Below, piece after piece: positions 50,597-60,794 of a stretch of DNA of 64,000 nt. A program made the translations under genes and the position numbers. Source of the DNA: an uncultured Bacteriovoracaceae bacterium (GTDB taxonomy: Bacteria; Bdellovibrionota; Bacteriovoracia; Bacteriovoracales; Bacteriovoracaceae); contig CAXGUD010000010.1 of NCBI GenBank assembly GCA_964012805.1, forward strand, positions 1-64,000. Reading direction: 5' to 3'. The notes below the pieces were generated by a model that ran no database searches, had not been told where the DNA came from, and worked only from the letters and a program-made list of their open reading frames with translations. How positions within the stretch are numbered: position 1 is the first letter of the stretch; each line of letters starts with the position of its first letter.

Positions 50597-50679
50597 TGGT
50601 GCCCAGGAGAGGACTTGAACCTCCACGCCGAAGCACTAGATCCTAAGTCTAGCGTGTCTACCAATTTCACCACCTGGGC
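50597..50679 (-). tRNA. tRNA-Leu(UAG)
   Basis: Reverse complement GCCCAGG...CTAGA-CTTAGGA-TCTAG...TTCAAGT...CCTGGGCACCA. Confidence 0.96.
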
Positions 50680-50730
50680 ATTAAGAGAGTCTCTTTTAGC
50701 TTACTTTTTCATAAACTGACAAGACTTTTT

Positions 50731-51708
50731 TTAGTTAATAGGGTTATAGCACCTATAATAATGGCTACCAGAAGCATCCGTCCGACTAGGATAAGCTGTT
50801 TTACACTCATCAGTTGCTTTCCAGCACCTTGGGTGGAAATGACAACCTGCCGGAGGATTCATTGGAGAAGGAATATCACCTTCCAATAAAATTCTATCCG
50901 TCTTTCTGGATGGGTCGGCTACAGGAATCGCTGAAAAGAGGGCCTTTGTATAGGGATGCCTCGAATCTCCGTAAAGCTCTGAAGCTTCAGCTAATTCAAC
51001 CATATTCCCTAAATACATAACAGCAACTTTAGTAGAGATATATTCTACAACCTTAAGGTCGTGAGCAATAAACAAGTAAGTCAACCCGAGATCTTTTTGA
51101 AGGTCTGTTAAAAGGTTGATAACCTGTGCTTGGACAGAAACATCCAACGCAGAAACTGGCTCATCACATACGATAAAGTCAGGCTCTACAGCTAATGCTC
51201 TAGCTATACAGACACGTTGCCTTTGCCCCCCAGAAAACTCGTGAGGGTATTTATTGAGAGCATCTTTTGGTAGTTGAACCTGATCTAGAAGCTCATAAAG
51301 CCTCTTTTGACGCTCTTTTTTTCCTTCAAAAAGGTTATGGATTCGAAGTGGTTCAGAAAGAATTGAACCGATAGTCATCCTAGGATTCAATGAAGCATAA
51401 GGATCTTGAAAAATAATCTGAATTTTTCTCCTAAGTTCCCTCATTTCCTTAGGGCCATAGTTTAGAATATTTTGACCATTATAAAGGATCTCTCCAGAAG
51501 TAGGCTCAAGAAGGCGAAGAATACAACGACCTAAAGTTGTTTTCCCACAACCTGACTCTCCTACAAGACCAAGAGTCTCTCCCCTTTTAATTTTAAAGCT
51601 AACGTCGTTAACAGCTTTAACTGCTCCAACTTCGCGACCAAAAAGACCACCCTTTATTGGAAAACGCTTTGTAAGATTATTGACCTCTAATAAATATTCT
51701 GAACTCAT
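50731..51708 (-). CDS. oppF: Oligopeptide ABC transporter ATPase
   Basis: [29 protein letters not shown]-terminal Cys motif. Confidence 0.92.
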   Translation of the reverse strand: MSSEYLLEVNNLTKRFPIKGGLFGREVGAVKAVNDVSFKIKRGETLGLVGESGCGKTTLGRCILRLLEPTSGEILYNGQNILNYGPKEMRELRRKIQIIFQDPYASLNPRMTIGSILSEPLRIHNLFEGKKERQKRLYELLDQVQLPKDALNKYPHEFSGGQRQRVCIARALAVEPDFIVCDEPVSALDVSVQAQVINLLTDLQKDLGLTYLFIAHDLKVVEYISTKVAVMYLGNMVELAEASELYGDSRHPYTKALFSAIPVADPSRKTDRILLEGDIPSPMNPPAGCHFHPRCWKATDECKTAYPSRTDASGSHYYRCYNPIN

Positions 51709-51726
51709 CTAAATTCCTCTTTTAAA

Positions 51727-52719
51727 TTAATGAGAAGGATTAAAACAACTCACCTTATGGTCTGCCTTATAATTACTAAGAACAGGAACACCTTTAGCTC
51801 CTCTACATTCATCAATCACTCGCGGGCATCGATCTTGAAAACTGCAACCCGAAGGCAATTCAAATAGAGAAGGAACCATGCCCTCAATAGTCCTAAGACG
51901 CGCTTTATGTTCATCTTGAGTTGAATCAAAGGATGGAATTGAGTCCATCAGTCCTATTGTGTAAGGGTGTTTTGGATCTTTAAAAAGCGTCTGAACATCA
52001 GCTCTTTCAACGATTCTGCCACAGTACATAACTGCTACATCATCGCAAGTCTCTGCAACAACTCCCAAGTCATGAGTGATAAAGATAATGCCCATGCCAA
52101 GCTCTTTTTGAAGCTTATTCATTAAATCAAGAATTTGGGCCTGGATTGTTACATCAAGGGCAGTCGTTGGTTCATCAGCAATTAAAATATCGGGCTCACA
52201 AGCAAGAGCAATTGCGATCATTACCCTTTGCCTCATCCCACCTGAAAGTTGATGAGGATACTCTTGAAACCTCTGCTCTGGCGAAGGGATCCCAACAAGC
52301 CTAAGCATATCAACTGCTTTGTCTGCCATTTCTGCTTTAGAAAGGTGAGACTGGTGAAGCTCTAAAACTTCGATAATCTGATTTCCCACAGTAAAAACAG
52401 GGTTGAGAGACGTCATAGGCTCCTGAAAAATCATAGCGATTTTATTTCCCCTAATATGCCTCATATCATCAACAGACTTATCAAGAAGATTTTCACCTCT
52501 ATAAAGAATTTCACCACCACTGACGTTACCAGTTGGCTTTTGAATAAGACCCATGACAGATAAAGCCGTCACAGACTTCCCAGAACCAGACTCTCCAACT
52601 ATTCCAAGAGTTTTTCCTTTATAAACCTCAAGGTTAACTCCATTAACAGCGGTAATTTTTCCTCTATCTGTTCTAAAATCAACTACTAAATCTTTAACTT
52701 CTAAAATTAACTCGGACAT
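51727..52719 (-). CDS. oppD: Oligopeptide ABC transporter ATPase
   Basis: [26 protein letters not shown]. Confidence 0.92.
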   Translation of the reverse strand: MSELILEVKDLVVDFRTDRGKITAVNGVNLEVYKGKTLGIVGESGSGKSVTALSVMGLIQKPTGNVSGGEILYRGENLLDKSVDDMRHIRGNKIAMIFQEPMTSLNPVFTVGNQIIEVLELHQSHLSKAEMADKAVDMLRLVGIPSPEQRFQEYPHQLSGGMRQRVMIAIALACEPDILIADEPTTALDVTIQAQILDLMNKLQKELGMGIIFITHDLGVVAETCDDVAVMYCGRIVERADVQTLFKDPKHPYTIGLMDSIPSFDSTQDEHKARLRTIEGMVPSLFELPSGCSFQDRCPRVIDECRGAKGVPVLSNYKADHKVSCFNPSH

Positions 52720-52746
52720 ACGAACCCTTTAGGTTTTAATCGTTAT

Positions 52747-53688
52747 TTATTTTCCTTTAAGTTTTGGATCCAGAGCATCCCTTAAAGCGTCTCCTAAAAT
52801 ATTAAAGGCCAAAACAATGACAAACATTGCAGCCGTTGCAGCTAATAATTGCCACCAAACACCTCTTGCCAGCTCTAGCTTGGCATCATCAATCATAATT
52901 CCCCAGCTAGGCCTATCCTGAACTCCAAGACCAAGATAAGACAAAATAACCTCACTCTTAATGGCCGTTTGGAAGGTCAAAGAAAAGTTAATAATCACGA
53001 GGTGAAAAACATTCGGTAAAATATGAAGGAAAAGTCTTCTCGAATGACTAGCACCTACGGAGTAAGCAGCATGAACATACTCTCTATTCTTATGCCTAAT
53101 AACATCCGCTCTAATTAAACGGCAGAGGGAAACCCAACTTGTTAAGCCAAGTGCCAAAAAAACTGCGATAATCCCTTTCCCTAATATAAAGGTGATCGCC
53201 ATTAAAAGCATGATTCCAGGAATTGAAGAAAAGGTTGTATAAAACCAAACAATTATTTCATCGACTTTTCCACCAAAGTACCCAGCAATGGCACCTAAAA
53301 TTACCCCAATAACCATTGTAACGAGCCCTGTCGCAAACCCAACGAGCATCGCGACCTCAGTCCCTTTAATCATCTTGTAAAAAACACTCCTTCCAAGAAT
53401 GTCCGTTCCAAAGAGATGCTCAATAGAAAAGGAGGCTGCCTGACCACTCATCCACTTTACCCAAAAGGGCGAATCATAGGCGGGACCAATCTCTTTCGCC
53501 CATTCGCCACCGATCAAACCAGTGAAGGATAGAAAAGCAATCAGTATATAAAGGACAACAATGGACAAAGAAGCCATTGCCATCCTATTTTTTTTCAAAG
53601 AATCAAATGCATGGGCCCAAAGAGATTTTGACTTTTTCTCTTTCTCTTTCGGCTTCGAGTTCATTGTAATCGTAATTGTATCTTCCAT
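52747..53688 (-). CDS. oppC: Oligopeptide ABC transporter permease
   Basis: FGTDILGR, EAA-like EYVHAAYSVGA, LGDALRDALDPK. Confidence 0.92.
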   Translation of the reverse strand: MEDTITITMNSKPKEKEKKSKSLWAHAFDSLKKNRMAMASLSIVVLYILIAFLSFTGLIGGEWAKEIGPAYDSPFWVKWMSGQAASFSIEHLFGTDILGRSVFYKMIKGTEVAMLVGFATGLVTMVIGVILGAIAGYFGGKVDEIIVWFYTTFSSIPGIMLLMAITFILGKGIIAVFLALGLTSWVSLCRLIRADVIRHKNREYVHAAYSVGASHSRRLFLHILPNVFHLVIINFSLTFQTAIKSEVILSYLGLGVQDRPSWGIMIDDAKLELARGVWWQLLAATAAMFVIVLAFNILGDALRDALDPKLKGK

Positions 53689-53712
53689 ATTTTAACCAAT
53701 CTCTCTCAACTT

Positions 53713-54654
53713 TTATGACAAGCGCACTCTTGGATCAACGACCGTATAAAGCACATCAGTGATTACACTAAAAACAATGTAGGCAATAGCACTTAAAATA
53801 GTCATGGCCTTAATCACGGGAAAGTCAGACGAGTTTATTGCACTCAAAGTCATCCCACCCAAACCTGGAATACTAAAGAAAGCCTCTAAAAGAAGCGCTC
53901 CCAAAATCAAAAAAGGTATCTGGATAACAATCTGAGTGATAATGGGAATCATAGCGTTTTTCAGTACATGCTTAAAAAGGATAACTCTTTCTCCAACACC
54001 CTTAGCTCTCGCTGTCCTGACATAGTCTTGGTAAATCTCATCCAGAATGACGGTTCTATAGAACCTTACATCTCCCCCCAAAGAGAGTATCAACCAAATA
54101 ATTAGGGGAAGCATAATGTATTCTATAAAATCGGGAAACCCACTCTCAAAACCTGCAATTGGAAACATCCCCCACTTATAAGCTAGAAGCCATTGGAAGA
54201 AGAGGATGTACGCAAGAGAAGAAATACTCATTAAAGCAACACAAAGAAAAACACCCGCTTTATCGATAAACTTTCCTCTAAAATAAGCTACAAGAAGAGA
54301 GATCGATAAAGCTACAGTTGATGCAATAACAAAGCTTGGTAGAGAGATCGTCAAAGAAGGGACCGCTCCCTGCTTTATCATGTAAAAGATCTCTTGCTTA
54401 GTAGACCAAGAACGGCCGAAATCAAAAGTAAAAGCGGATTTTACAATATCTAAATACTGTAAAATCCATGGTCTATCTAAACCTAGCTCTCGCCTCAGTT
54501 CAACAATTTGACTCGCAGTCGCGTGCTTCCCCAGTAAGAGAAGCGCGGGATCCGGAGAAAAAACATTAAATAGAATAAAGATGATGAAGCAGACCCCTAG
54601 AATCACAGGGATCACGTACAACAATCTTCTTAAAACATATGCCCAAAGGTTCAC
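53713..54654 (-). CDS. oppB: Oligopeptide ABC transporter permease
   Basis: LGLDRP, DYVRTARAKG, DPRVR; GTG start. Confidence 0.92.
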   Translation of the reverse strand: MNLWAYVLRRLLYVIPVILGVCFIIFILFNVFSPDPALLLLGKHATASQIVELRRELGLDRPWILQYLDIVKSAFTFDFGRSWSTKQEIFYMIKQGAVPSLTISLPSFVIASTVALSISLLVAYFRGKFIDKAGVFLCVALMSISSLAYILFFQWLLAYKWGMFPIAGFESGFPDFIEYIMLPLIIWLILSLGGDVRFYRTVILDEIYQDYVRTARAKGVGERVILFKHVLKNAMIPIITQIVIQIPFLILGALLLEAFFSIPGLGGMTLSAINSSDFPVIKAMTILSAIAYIVFSVITDVLYTVVDPRVRLS

Positions 54655-54666
54655 TTTCTTCTTCCT

Positions 54667-56442
54667 TTAAAGCTTTTCCAGCCCTTTAACTTTTTCTTGA
54701 AGGTTCACATCCCAATACTGAACATGACCATGATTAAAATCTGAAGGCACATAGTTTTTAATCCATGAATGCTTCACGACATAACTTTGTCTATGTACAC
54801 CATAAATCCAAGGAACTTCTTCAGCAGCCATCTTGTACATAGTTTCATACATAGAGGTTCTCTTTGGTGAGTCCTGAAGAATAGAAGCAACTTTAAACAA
54901 CTTATCAAATTCAGGGTTGCTGTAACCAGAACCGTTTGCACCTGGAGACCTGTTAGGTCCAAAAAGAAGTTGTAAAAAGTTTTCAGCATCTGGGTAGTCC
55001 GCACCCCAAGCGATTCCATAAAGCATCACTTGTCTCTTGGTAATTTTCTCTTGGAACTTTGGCCATGTGCTTGTTTGTAATTTTATTTTAAGGCCAATTT
55101 TTGCCATTTGCTTTTGGAAAAATTGTGCTTGCTGACGACTTACCGTGCTTGAAAGACTATCGTAAGTGATTTCAGGTAAGCCCTTTCCTTCAGGGTAACC
55201 AGCTTTTGCAAGCTCTTCTTTTGCCTTTTCAACATTTTGACCAATATAAGGGTTCTTATAGTCCTTAATATAGCCTGCAATTCCTGGAGGAATCACCGAG
55301 TGAGCTGGCAGCGCCGTATTGTTGTAAAAGAGCTTATTAGATTCTTGTACATTGTAAGCCAAAGACATAGCTCTTCTTAAATGAACATTTTTAAGAAGTT
55401 CATTATCATGATTGAAGGCAACATAAGTGACATCCAAAGAAGGAGAAATCATAAGGCCAATACCTTTTTTGGCCATATCATCAACTAAACCTTGAGACGG
55501 GGTAATAACAGAATCGAAGTTGTCTTTAGGTATACTCAAAAAGTCGATTCCACCTTTTAAGAATTTCAACCAACGAGGCTGAGGCTCGCTCATAATGTGA
55601 ACAGTCACTTTATCTATGATAGGAAGAGTCTTTCCTGCGTATTTCTCAATACCTTTTCCCTTAAACTCTGCGCTAACTTCGCTTGGAAATAGTTTTTTTC
55701 TAAACTTTGGGTTCCTCTTATAAACAATCTTTTTTGTTTGATTAAATTGAGGAAGAATAAAAGGACCTGTACCAACTGGGTGGTTAAGGAACTCTTTTTT
55801 GTAATGCTTAACAACTTCTTCAGGCACAACAAAAGTAAAAGGCATTGCGAGAGCATAAAGGAACTGAGGAAAACTCTTGGATAGCTTAAACTTCAAAGTA
55901 TACTTATCGATAGCTTGAAGACCTTCGATTTTTTCAGAGTAGTCTACTTCCTTCTTATCAGTATACTTTTTTCTCCACTCATTAAGACCTGCAATTTTAC
56001 CGTCTAAAAGCCACCAGCCCAAAGACTGTAACTTAGGATCAGCTAGCCTCTTAATAGAATAGACAAAATCCTTGGCTTCGAGCTCTCTTCCTTTGCCTTC
56101 AGAAAAAGCCTTATCATCATGGAAGAAAATACCTTTTTTAATTTTAAAGGTATAAGTTAACCCATCTTCTGATACGCTTGGAAGCTTCTCAGCAAGATTA
56201 GGAACTAGTGTGTAAGGTCTTCTAAATGGGTGATACTCTAAAAGCCCTTCATAAACTCTAGCAATTTCACCACTAGAATAGGCATCGTTTGCGTAAATTG
56301 GATCCATTCCTTTTACGTCAGCACCTATAACTAAGTTTAGGGCCCTTTCATTAAGATCAACTTTCTTTTTAAAACAACCTGTAGAACTTAACAAAACTCC
56401 TAAAAGCACAAGCCAAGTTCTTATTCCATTTGATAATTTCAT
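54667..56442 (-). CDS. oppA: Peptide ABC transporter substrate-binding lipoprotein (SBP family 5)
   Basis: Lipobox STG-C, YEGLL, PVGTGPF, WGADYPDAENFL. Confidence 0.9.
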   Translation of the reverse strand: MKLSNGIRTWLVLLGVLLSSTGCFKKKVDLNERALNLVIGADVKGMDPIYANDAYSSGEIARVYEGLLEYHPFRRPYTLVPNLAEKLPSVSEDGLTYTFKIKKGIFFHDDKAFSEGKGRELEAKDFVYSIKRLADPKLQSLGWWLLDGKIAGLNEWRKKYTDKKEVDYSEKIEGLQAIDKYTLKFKLSKSFPQFLYALAMPFTFVVPEEVVKHYKKEFLNHPVGTGPFILPQFNQTKKIVYKRNPKFRKKLFPSEVSAEFKGKGIEKYAGKTLPIIDKVTVHIMSEPQPRWLKFLKGGIDFLSIPKDNFDSVITPSQGLVDDMAKKGIGLMISPSLDVTYVAFNHDNELLKNVHLRRAMSLAYNVQESNKLFYNNTALPAHSVIPPGIAGYIKDYKNPYIGQNVEKAKEELAKAGYPEGKGLPEITYDSLSSTVSRQQAQFFQKQMAKIGLKIKLQTSTWPKFQEKITKRQVMLYGIAWGADYPDAENFLQLLFGPNRSPGANGSGYSNPEFDKLFKVASILQDSPKRTSMYETMYKMAAEEVPWIYGVHRQSYVVKHSWIKNYVPSDFNHGHVQYWDVNLQEKVKGLEKL

Positions 56443-56597
56443 AAGTCAGTTCTCCACTTTAAGTACATTAATTGTCTTACTTGGATTCACGGCGATAAGC
56501 CAACATCACGCATGTATACAAAAGAAATTATCATTTTGCCAATTTTGAGTGAAAAAACCGTTGGCGAATAAGACACAGCGAGGCATAAAAAAATCAG

Positions 56598-57323
56598 TTA
56601 ATATGCGCATGAAGTCATATACTTCTCGATTGTTAAAGGTCTCTCACCTTGACTATACGTATAAAATGAAAGTGTCCATTTTGAAAAAAACTTTTCCTTC
56701 TCTCTATCAAAAGTTAACTTCAAACCCCCTTTACGACTTAAAAAGCTAAAATAAAAAGAGAAGTGATTAATAGATGTTTCCCAACTAAAAGAGTGACTCA
56801 GAGGTTCATAAACACACTCGCCTTCTACCAATCCATTTCCCCGGGACAACTCAGTGCACCTAACAAAGGTATCAAAATACTTTGCTTCCTTAAATGAATT
56901 GAGAAGGAAGAGAAATTCTCCTAACTTCTTCATATAAGGAGAAAAAAAACTCCTGAAGTCCTTTTCCTCTCCCTTTTGACTTTCCTTTTTAATTCGATCA
57001 AACAAAGAACCTTTGTAATTTATTTGCTCTTTAAGGGCTTCCTTGTAAAAAATTGAAAGTCCTTCCTCACCATGAAAAGGAAAATGATAAGAAACATCCA
57101 GTCTTTTTGTATTAAGATCTAAAAGAGATTCAAAAGAAAAAGTTTGCCTCTCACCCTTTGTGTAAAACCGTCCTCTTCCTTCGCCAGATAAACAAACCTT
57201 ACTCAGACCGCTTTTTAATAAGTCAAAAGACTTATCTTCCAGATTTCTTCTTTTAAATGTTTTAGTGGAGCAACCTGAAATGAGTAGGAAAAGGAAAACA
57301 GAAAAATATACTTTGATAATCAA
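56598..57323 (-). CDS. Hypothetical lipoprotein, possibly LolB-fold
   Basis: Lipobox ISG-C; beta-rich; directly downstream of the TPR lipoprotein gene. Confidence 0.6.
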   Translation of the reverse strand: MIIKVYFSVFLFLLISGCSTKTFKRRNLEDKSFDLLKSGLSKVCLSGEGRGRFYTKGERQTFSFESLLDLNTKRLDVSYHFPFHGEEGLSIFYKEALKEQINYKGSLFDRIKKESQKGEEKDFRSFFSPYMKKLGEFLFLLNSFKEAKYFDTFVRCTELSRGNGLVEGECVYEPLSHSFSWETSINHFSFYFSFLSRKGGLKLTFDREKEKFFSKWTLSFYTYSQGERPLTIEKYMTSCAY

Positions 57324-57345
57324 GAAGCTTTCCTATGGATGATCA

Positions 57346-59220
57346 TTAATTTGAAGCTGGAATTCTTTTGGGCCCCACCACATTTCTTCTATCCTGCAAG
57401 TTTTTTATCAAACCTGCAACCTCTCTTCTCTCTTCATCAGTCTTGCTCGCTTTCATGGCTTCACGATAAAACTTTAGGGCCAAAGCATAATTTCTTTTCT
57501 TTAAATAAATAGTAGCTAAATGCTTAGCAATAACAAAATCTGATTTTACAAGATCCCAAGCCTTTTTGATTTCTTTCAATGCTTTATTTATTTTTCCTGT
57601 TTTGTAGTAAAACCAACCTAAAGAATCTCTGATATAGCCATCGTTTGGCCTTAAACGAACAGCCTTTTTAATATAAATAAAAGCTTGTGGTAAATTCTCA
57701 TTTTTTTCTAACATTGAGTAACCCAGAAAATTTAAGGCATGAGGATTTTCTGGATTTTTATCTAGTATCATTTCAATAATTTCTCTCGCCTTCTTATAAT
57801 TTTTATTTTTTTCATAGAGGGAAGCCAAATAATATTCATGATTTTCACCAAAACCTTCTTCACTCTTAAGAGAAGACAAAGCCTCTATTGCCTTTTTATA
57901 GTCCCTGATTGTTTCATAAAAGCTCGCTATTATTGAACCAAGTTCCAATTTCAAAAATTGGAACTCTTTTGACTTGTCTCGAGTATAGAGTATGAACTTT
58001 TTTACAATTTCATGATCTATATCCTTTTGCCCAAAATGAACTGCTTTCTCCATCAATATGTTAGAAATTTGAACAATTGATTCTTTGAAATAGATGTTGT
58101 TTTTTTTGATCTTTTCAAAATAGGATATGGCCTTATCATAATCTTTTGTTTTCTTATGCAGAACACCCAAATAAAACAAAACTTTTGCTGAACTTGGAAC
58201 TTCCTGAAGAAGCTCTCTAAAGATGCTTTTTGATTCATCATATCTTTTTACATCTATGTAAAATAAACCTAGCCTAAGTTTTAAATTAAGATCTGTTGGA
58301 TCTATTCTAGTCAAAGTCTCAACATAAGGTATTGCTTCTTTTTTATTGTTTAACTTTAAAAGAACATTAACAATCTTCCTCAGAACGGGATAGGCAGCTG
58401 GGTCACGCTCTAGATATTTCTTATAAGCTAAATAGGCTTCTTTTGACTTCTTATCAGTCTCTAAAACTTTTCCCAATTCTATAACAGCAGGATAGTATCT
58501 AGGGTTTAGTTTTAATGACCTCTTGAAAAGTTTTTTTGCCTTTTTCGAATGTCCCTCCTGAAGAGCAATCTTTCCCTCATAATAAAGGAATAGATCCTTT
58601 CGGTCCGTTTTATTCCCGCATCTTTTCAAAGTGACTTTAGCTTCTCTGAGTTTTTTGGAAATTTGATATGATTTCACGAGAAAAATACAGGCTTCGACCA
58701 TCTTTTCTCCACCATCACTTATTATCTCCTTATAGACCTTTTCTGACTTTTTAGCTTCACCAATAGAGCTATATATTCCTCCTAAAATAAGGCCAATATT
58801 TGAATAATTTCCATGGGATTTGTAAAGCTTCTCTAACTCCTCTTTAGCTTCTCCGTATCTACCAACTTTAATCAATTCAATGGCAAACCTTTTTTTTAAA
58901 TAGGGCTCATTAGGAGTAAGTTTTAACAGGGCATTAAAGTACAATATTGAAGTTTTATAATCTGACCTAAAAGAAGCATCTGATGCTTTAAGAAAAAGTT
59001 CACCTGAAAGAAGTTTAACTTTTTCTTTTCCTTCTTTTTTTGCCTCTGCAACCCTCATATCCAAAGCTGCCACCAAGTCTAACTCTGATTGAGTCTTTTT
59101 TACTGAACTCTTTGACACTTCTGCTTTAGTTGAAGCAGATTTCTTTTGTTTCTGCATAGACTTCTGTGGAGTCGAGCAGGAGGCGAGAACCAAAAGAAGA
59201 AAGAGGGCTATATTTTTCAT
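57346..59220 (-). CDS. TPR-repeat lipoprotein (PA4667/LbcA-like)
   Basis: Lipobox LAS-C, many TPRs, ALNFLGYSM and YIRDSLGWFYYK. Confidence 0.85.
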   Translation of the reverse strand: MKNIALFLLLVLASCSTPQKSMQKQKKSASTKAEVSKSSVKKTQSELDLVAALDMRVAEAKKEGKEKVKLLSGELFLKASDASFRSDYKTSILYFNALLKLTPNEPYLKKRFAIELIKVGRYGEAKEELEKLYKSHGNYSNIGLILGGIYSSIGEAKKSEKVYKEIISDGGEKMVEACIFLVKSYQISKKLREAKVTLKRCGNKTDRKDLFLYYEGKIALQEGHSKKAKKLFKRSLKLNPRYYPAVIELGKVLETDKKSKEAYLAYKKYLERDPAAYPVLRKIVNVLLKLNNKKEAIPYVETLTRIDPTDLNLKLRLGLFYIDVKRYDESKSIFRELLQEVPSSAKVLFYLGVLHKKTKDYDKAISYFEKIKKNNIYFKESIVQISNILMEKAVHFGQKDIDHEIVKKFILYTRDKSKEFQFLKLELGSIIASFYETIRDYKKAIEALSSLKSEEGFGENHEYYLASLYEKNKNYKKAREIIEMILDKNPENPHALNFLGYSMLEKNENLPQAFIYIKKAVRLRPNDGYIRDSLGWFYYKTGKINKALKEIKKAWDLVKSDFVIAKHLATIYLKKRNYALALKFYREAMKASKTDEERREVAGLIKNLQDRRNVVGPKRIPASN

Positions 59221-59272
59221 AAATTAGGGCCCAAAAGTCCTGGGAGACCTATTTTTCCCAGGCTGCTCTCTT

Positions 59273-59299
59273 TTATCGGTCAAAACCTATTTTTTTTTA
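59273..59299 (-). promoter_or_regulatory. sigma28/FliA-type promoter of the TPR operon
   Basis: Minus strand TAAA-N15-ACCGATAA; one mismatch to consensus. Confidence 0.72.
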
Positions 59300-59434
59300 A
59301 TCATTAACGATCTGTAATCACAGGAATCCTTTGTTTTTTAAATAAATTTTATTTTTAATAAAAGACTTAAAAACTCTTTCAGGATTAACGCCATGAAATT
59401 AATGCACTTAATTATAGCTTTCCTTTAAAGATTG

Positions 59435-59464
59435 TTGACATGATTAGGCAAAACCTGTTATTGA
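59435..59464 (+). promoter_or_regulatory. sigma70 promoter upstream of the PhaR-N gene
   Basis: TTGACA-N18-TATTGA with extended -10 TG. Confidence 0.5.
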
Positions 59465-59660
59465 AGTCGAAGCAAAGCATTAATTTAATAGCATAAACTA
59501 AAAAAATGCTTAACATTTTTGGCTTTTTCAGGCTTTTAACCCTGCAATTGAGAAGTTTTTGGGTTACCTATGCTTACGAGGAAGAGTTTACGCTTGAAAT
59601 AGCTGATTTAATTTAAAACTTTATTAATTTATTACGACACTAGAAACAATGAGGGAAAAA

Positions 59661-60062
59661 ATGAGTGAAGTGAGGATTATTAAGAGATACCAAAACAGAA
59701 AGCTTTATGACACACACCAAAGCTGCTATGTGACTCTTGAAGAGATTGCCCAAATTATCCGTGAAGGTCACGAAATTCAGGTAATTGATAACAAAACTAA
59801 AAATGACATTACCTACATGACTCAAATCCAGCTTTTATTTGATCAAGAAAGAAAGTCAAGTAAACCAGGAAATGTAGACCTTCTAAAAAGAGTTATTAGA
59901 TGTACAGAAGGTACTTTTACAGGTTATATTAAAGGCTTAGAAGGCTATGAAGAAGTTGAGGTTTCTGGAGAAGCAGCTGAAGCTGTTACTCAAGAGTTTC
60001 AATCAATGATGGGAAATAGCGAAACGCAAAACTCTTCAGTAGAAACAAGCCCTCTAAACTAA
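59661..60062 (+). CDS. PhaR-type (PHB accumulation regulator N-terminal DNA-binding domain) protein
   Basis: RIIKRYQNRKLYDTHQSCYVTLEEI...VIDNKTKNDIT; acidic tail; GAGGG RBS before ATG 59661. Confidence 0.9.
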   Translation: MSEVRIIKRYQNRKLYDTHQSCYVTLEEIAQIIREGHEIQVIDNKTKNDITYMTQIQLLFDQERKSSKPGNVDLLKRVIRCTEGTFTGYIKGLEGYEEVEVSGEAAEAVTQEFQSMMGNSETQNSSVETSPLN

Positions 60063-60090
60063 ATATTCAACCACTAACTTGGGACCATGA

Positions 60091-60792
60091 ATGGTTAAGA
60101 GTTATCTTGAAAAAAGATGGTTTAATTTCTATAAAGCTCCAAAGGCACTTTCAATAAGTGTCCTCGGAGCTATTTTATCATTTAATTGCTTTTCACAAGC
60201 AACTATAAAACCAAACATCATTAATTTAACATCTCAAAAGACGTCTAGATCGGTTTCAAAAGACATACCTGAAACAAACTCTAGAGTATCTGCAAAAGAT
60301 TTAAAAAGGCACTCTATAGGTGTTGGAATAGGTCAAACATTTTTGAGTAGTGAATTAGGGCAAAATGGTGACGACAGCATAACCCTTGATCTCTATTATG
60401 ATTACAGCGCTAGCTACTCTTTTGATCTTATTATTAACCTTCATCATTCCTCTCATCGAATCATAAAAAGGGAGGCAACGATTACAGGCTTGGCAGTGGG
60501 CGTAAAAGGAAGGCTATTCCAGTTTGATGCTTTTTCCCCCTTTCTTCTTGGTGGTCTCGGCTTCTATGCTCCAACTGTAACAAGACTCAAAAATAATGTA
60601 CTTGAAAAAACCCCCTTCTCTATTGCCTTTGGTAGCCATTTTGGAGCAGGAGGGGAATTAAAACTTAATGAGCAATTCAAAATAGCAGGGCTTATTCATT
60701 TTCATAACCCATTTGACATAAAGCAAGATTTGGACAAAGAACTTGAAGGCTCTTATTATAAGCTTCTATTAAACACCCACTACACGTTTTAA
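60091..60792 (+). CDS. Outer-membrane beta-barrel protein (8-strand type)
   Basis: Signal peptide, amphipathic strands (SPFLLGGLGFY, FGSHFGAGGELKL), terminal HYTF. Confidence 0.75.
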   Translation: MVKSYLEKRWFNFYKAPKALSISVLGAILSFNCFSQATIKPNIINLTSQKTSRSVSKDIPETNSRVSAKDLKRHSIGVGIGQTFLSSELGQNGDDSITLDLYYDYSASYSFDLIINLHHSSHRIIKREATITGLAVGVKGRLFQFDAFSPFLLGGLGFYAPTVTRLKNNVLEKTPFSIAFGSHFGAGGELKLNEQFKIAGLIHFHNPFDIKQDLDKELEGSYYKLLLNTHYTF

Positions 60793-60794
60793 AA

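Noticed and set aside
40336..50679. Intact integrative element or prophage at tRNA-Leu(UAG)
   Set aside because: No integrase, phage or conjugation genes, and no duplicated tRNA 3' end was found by eye.
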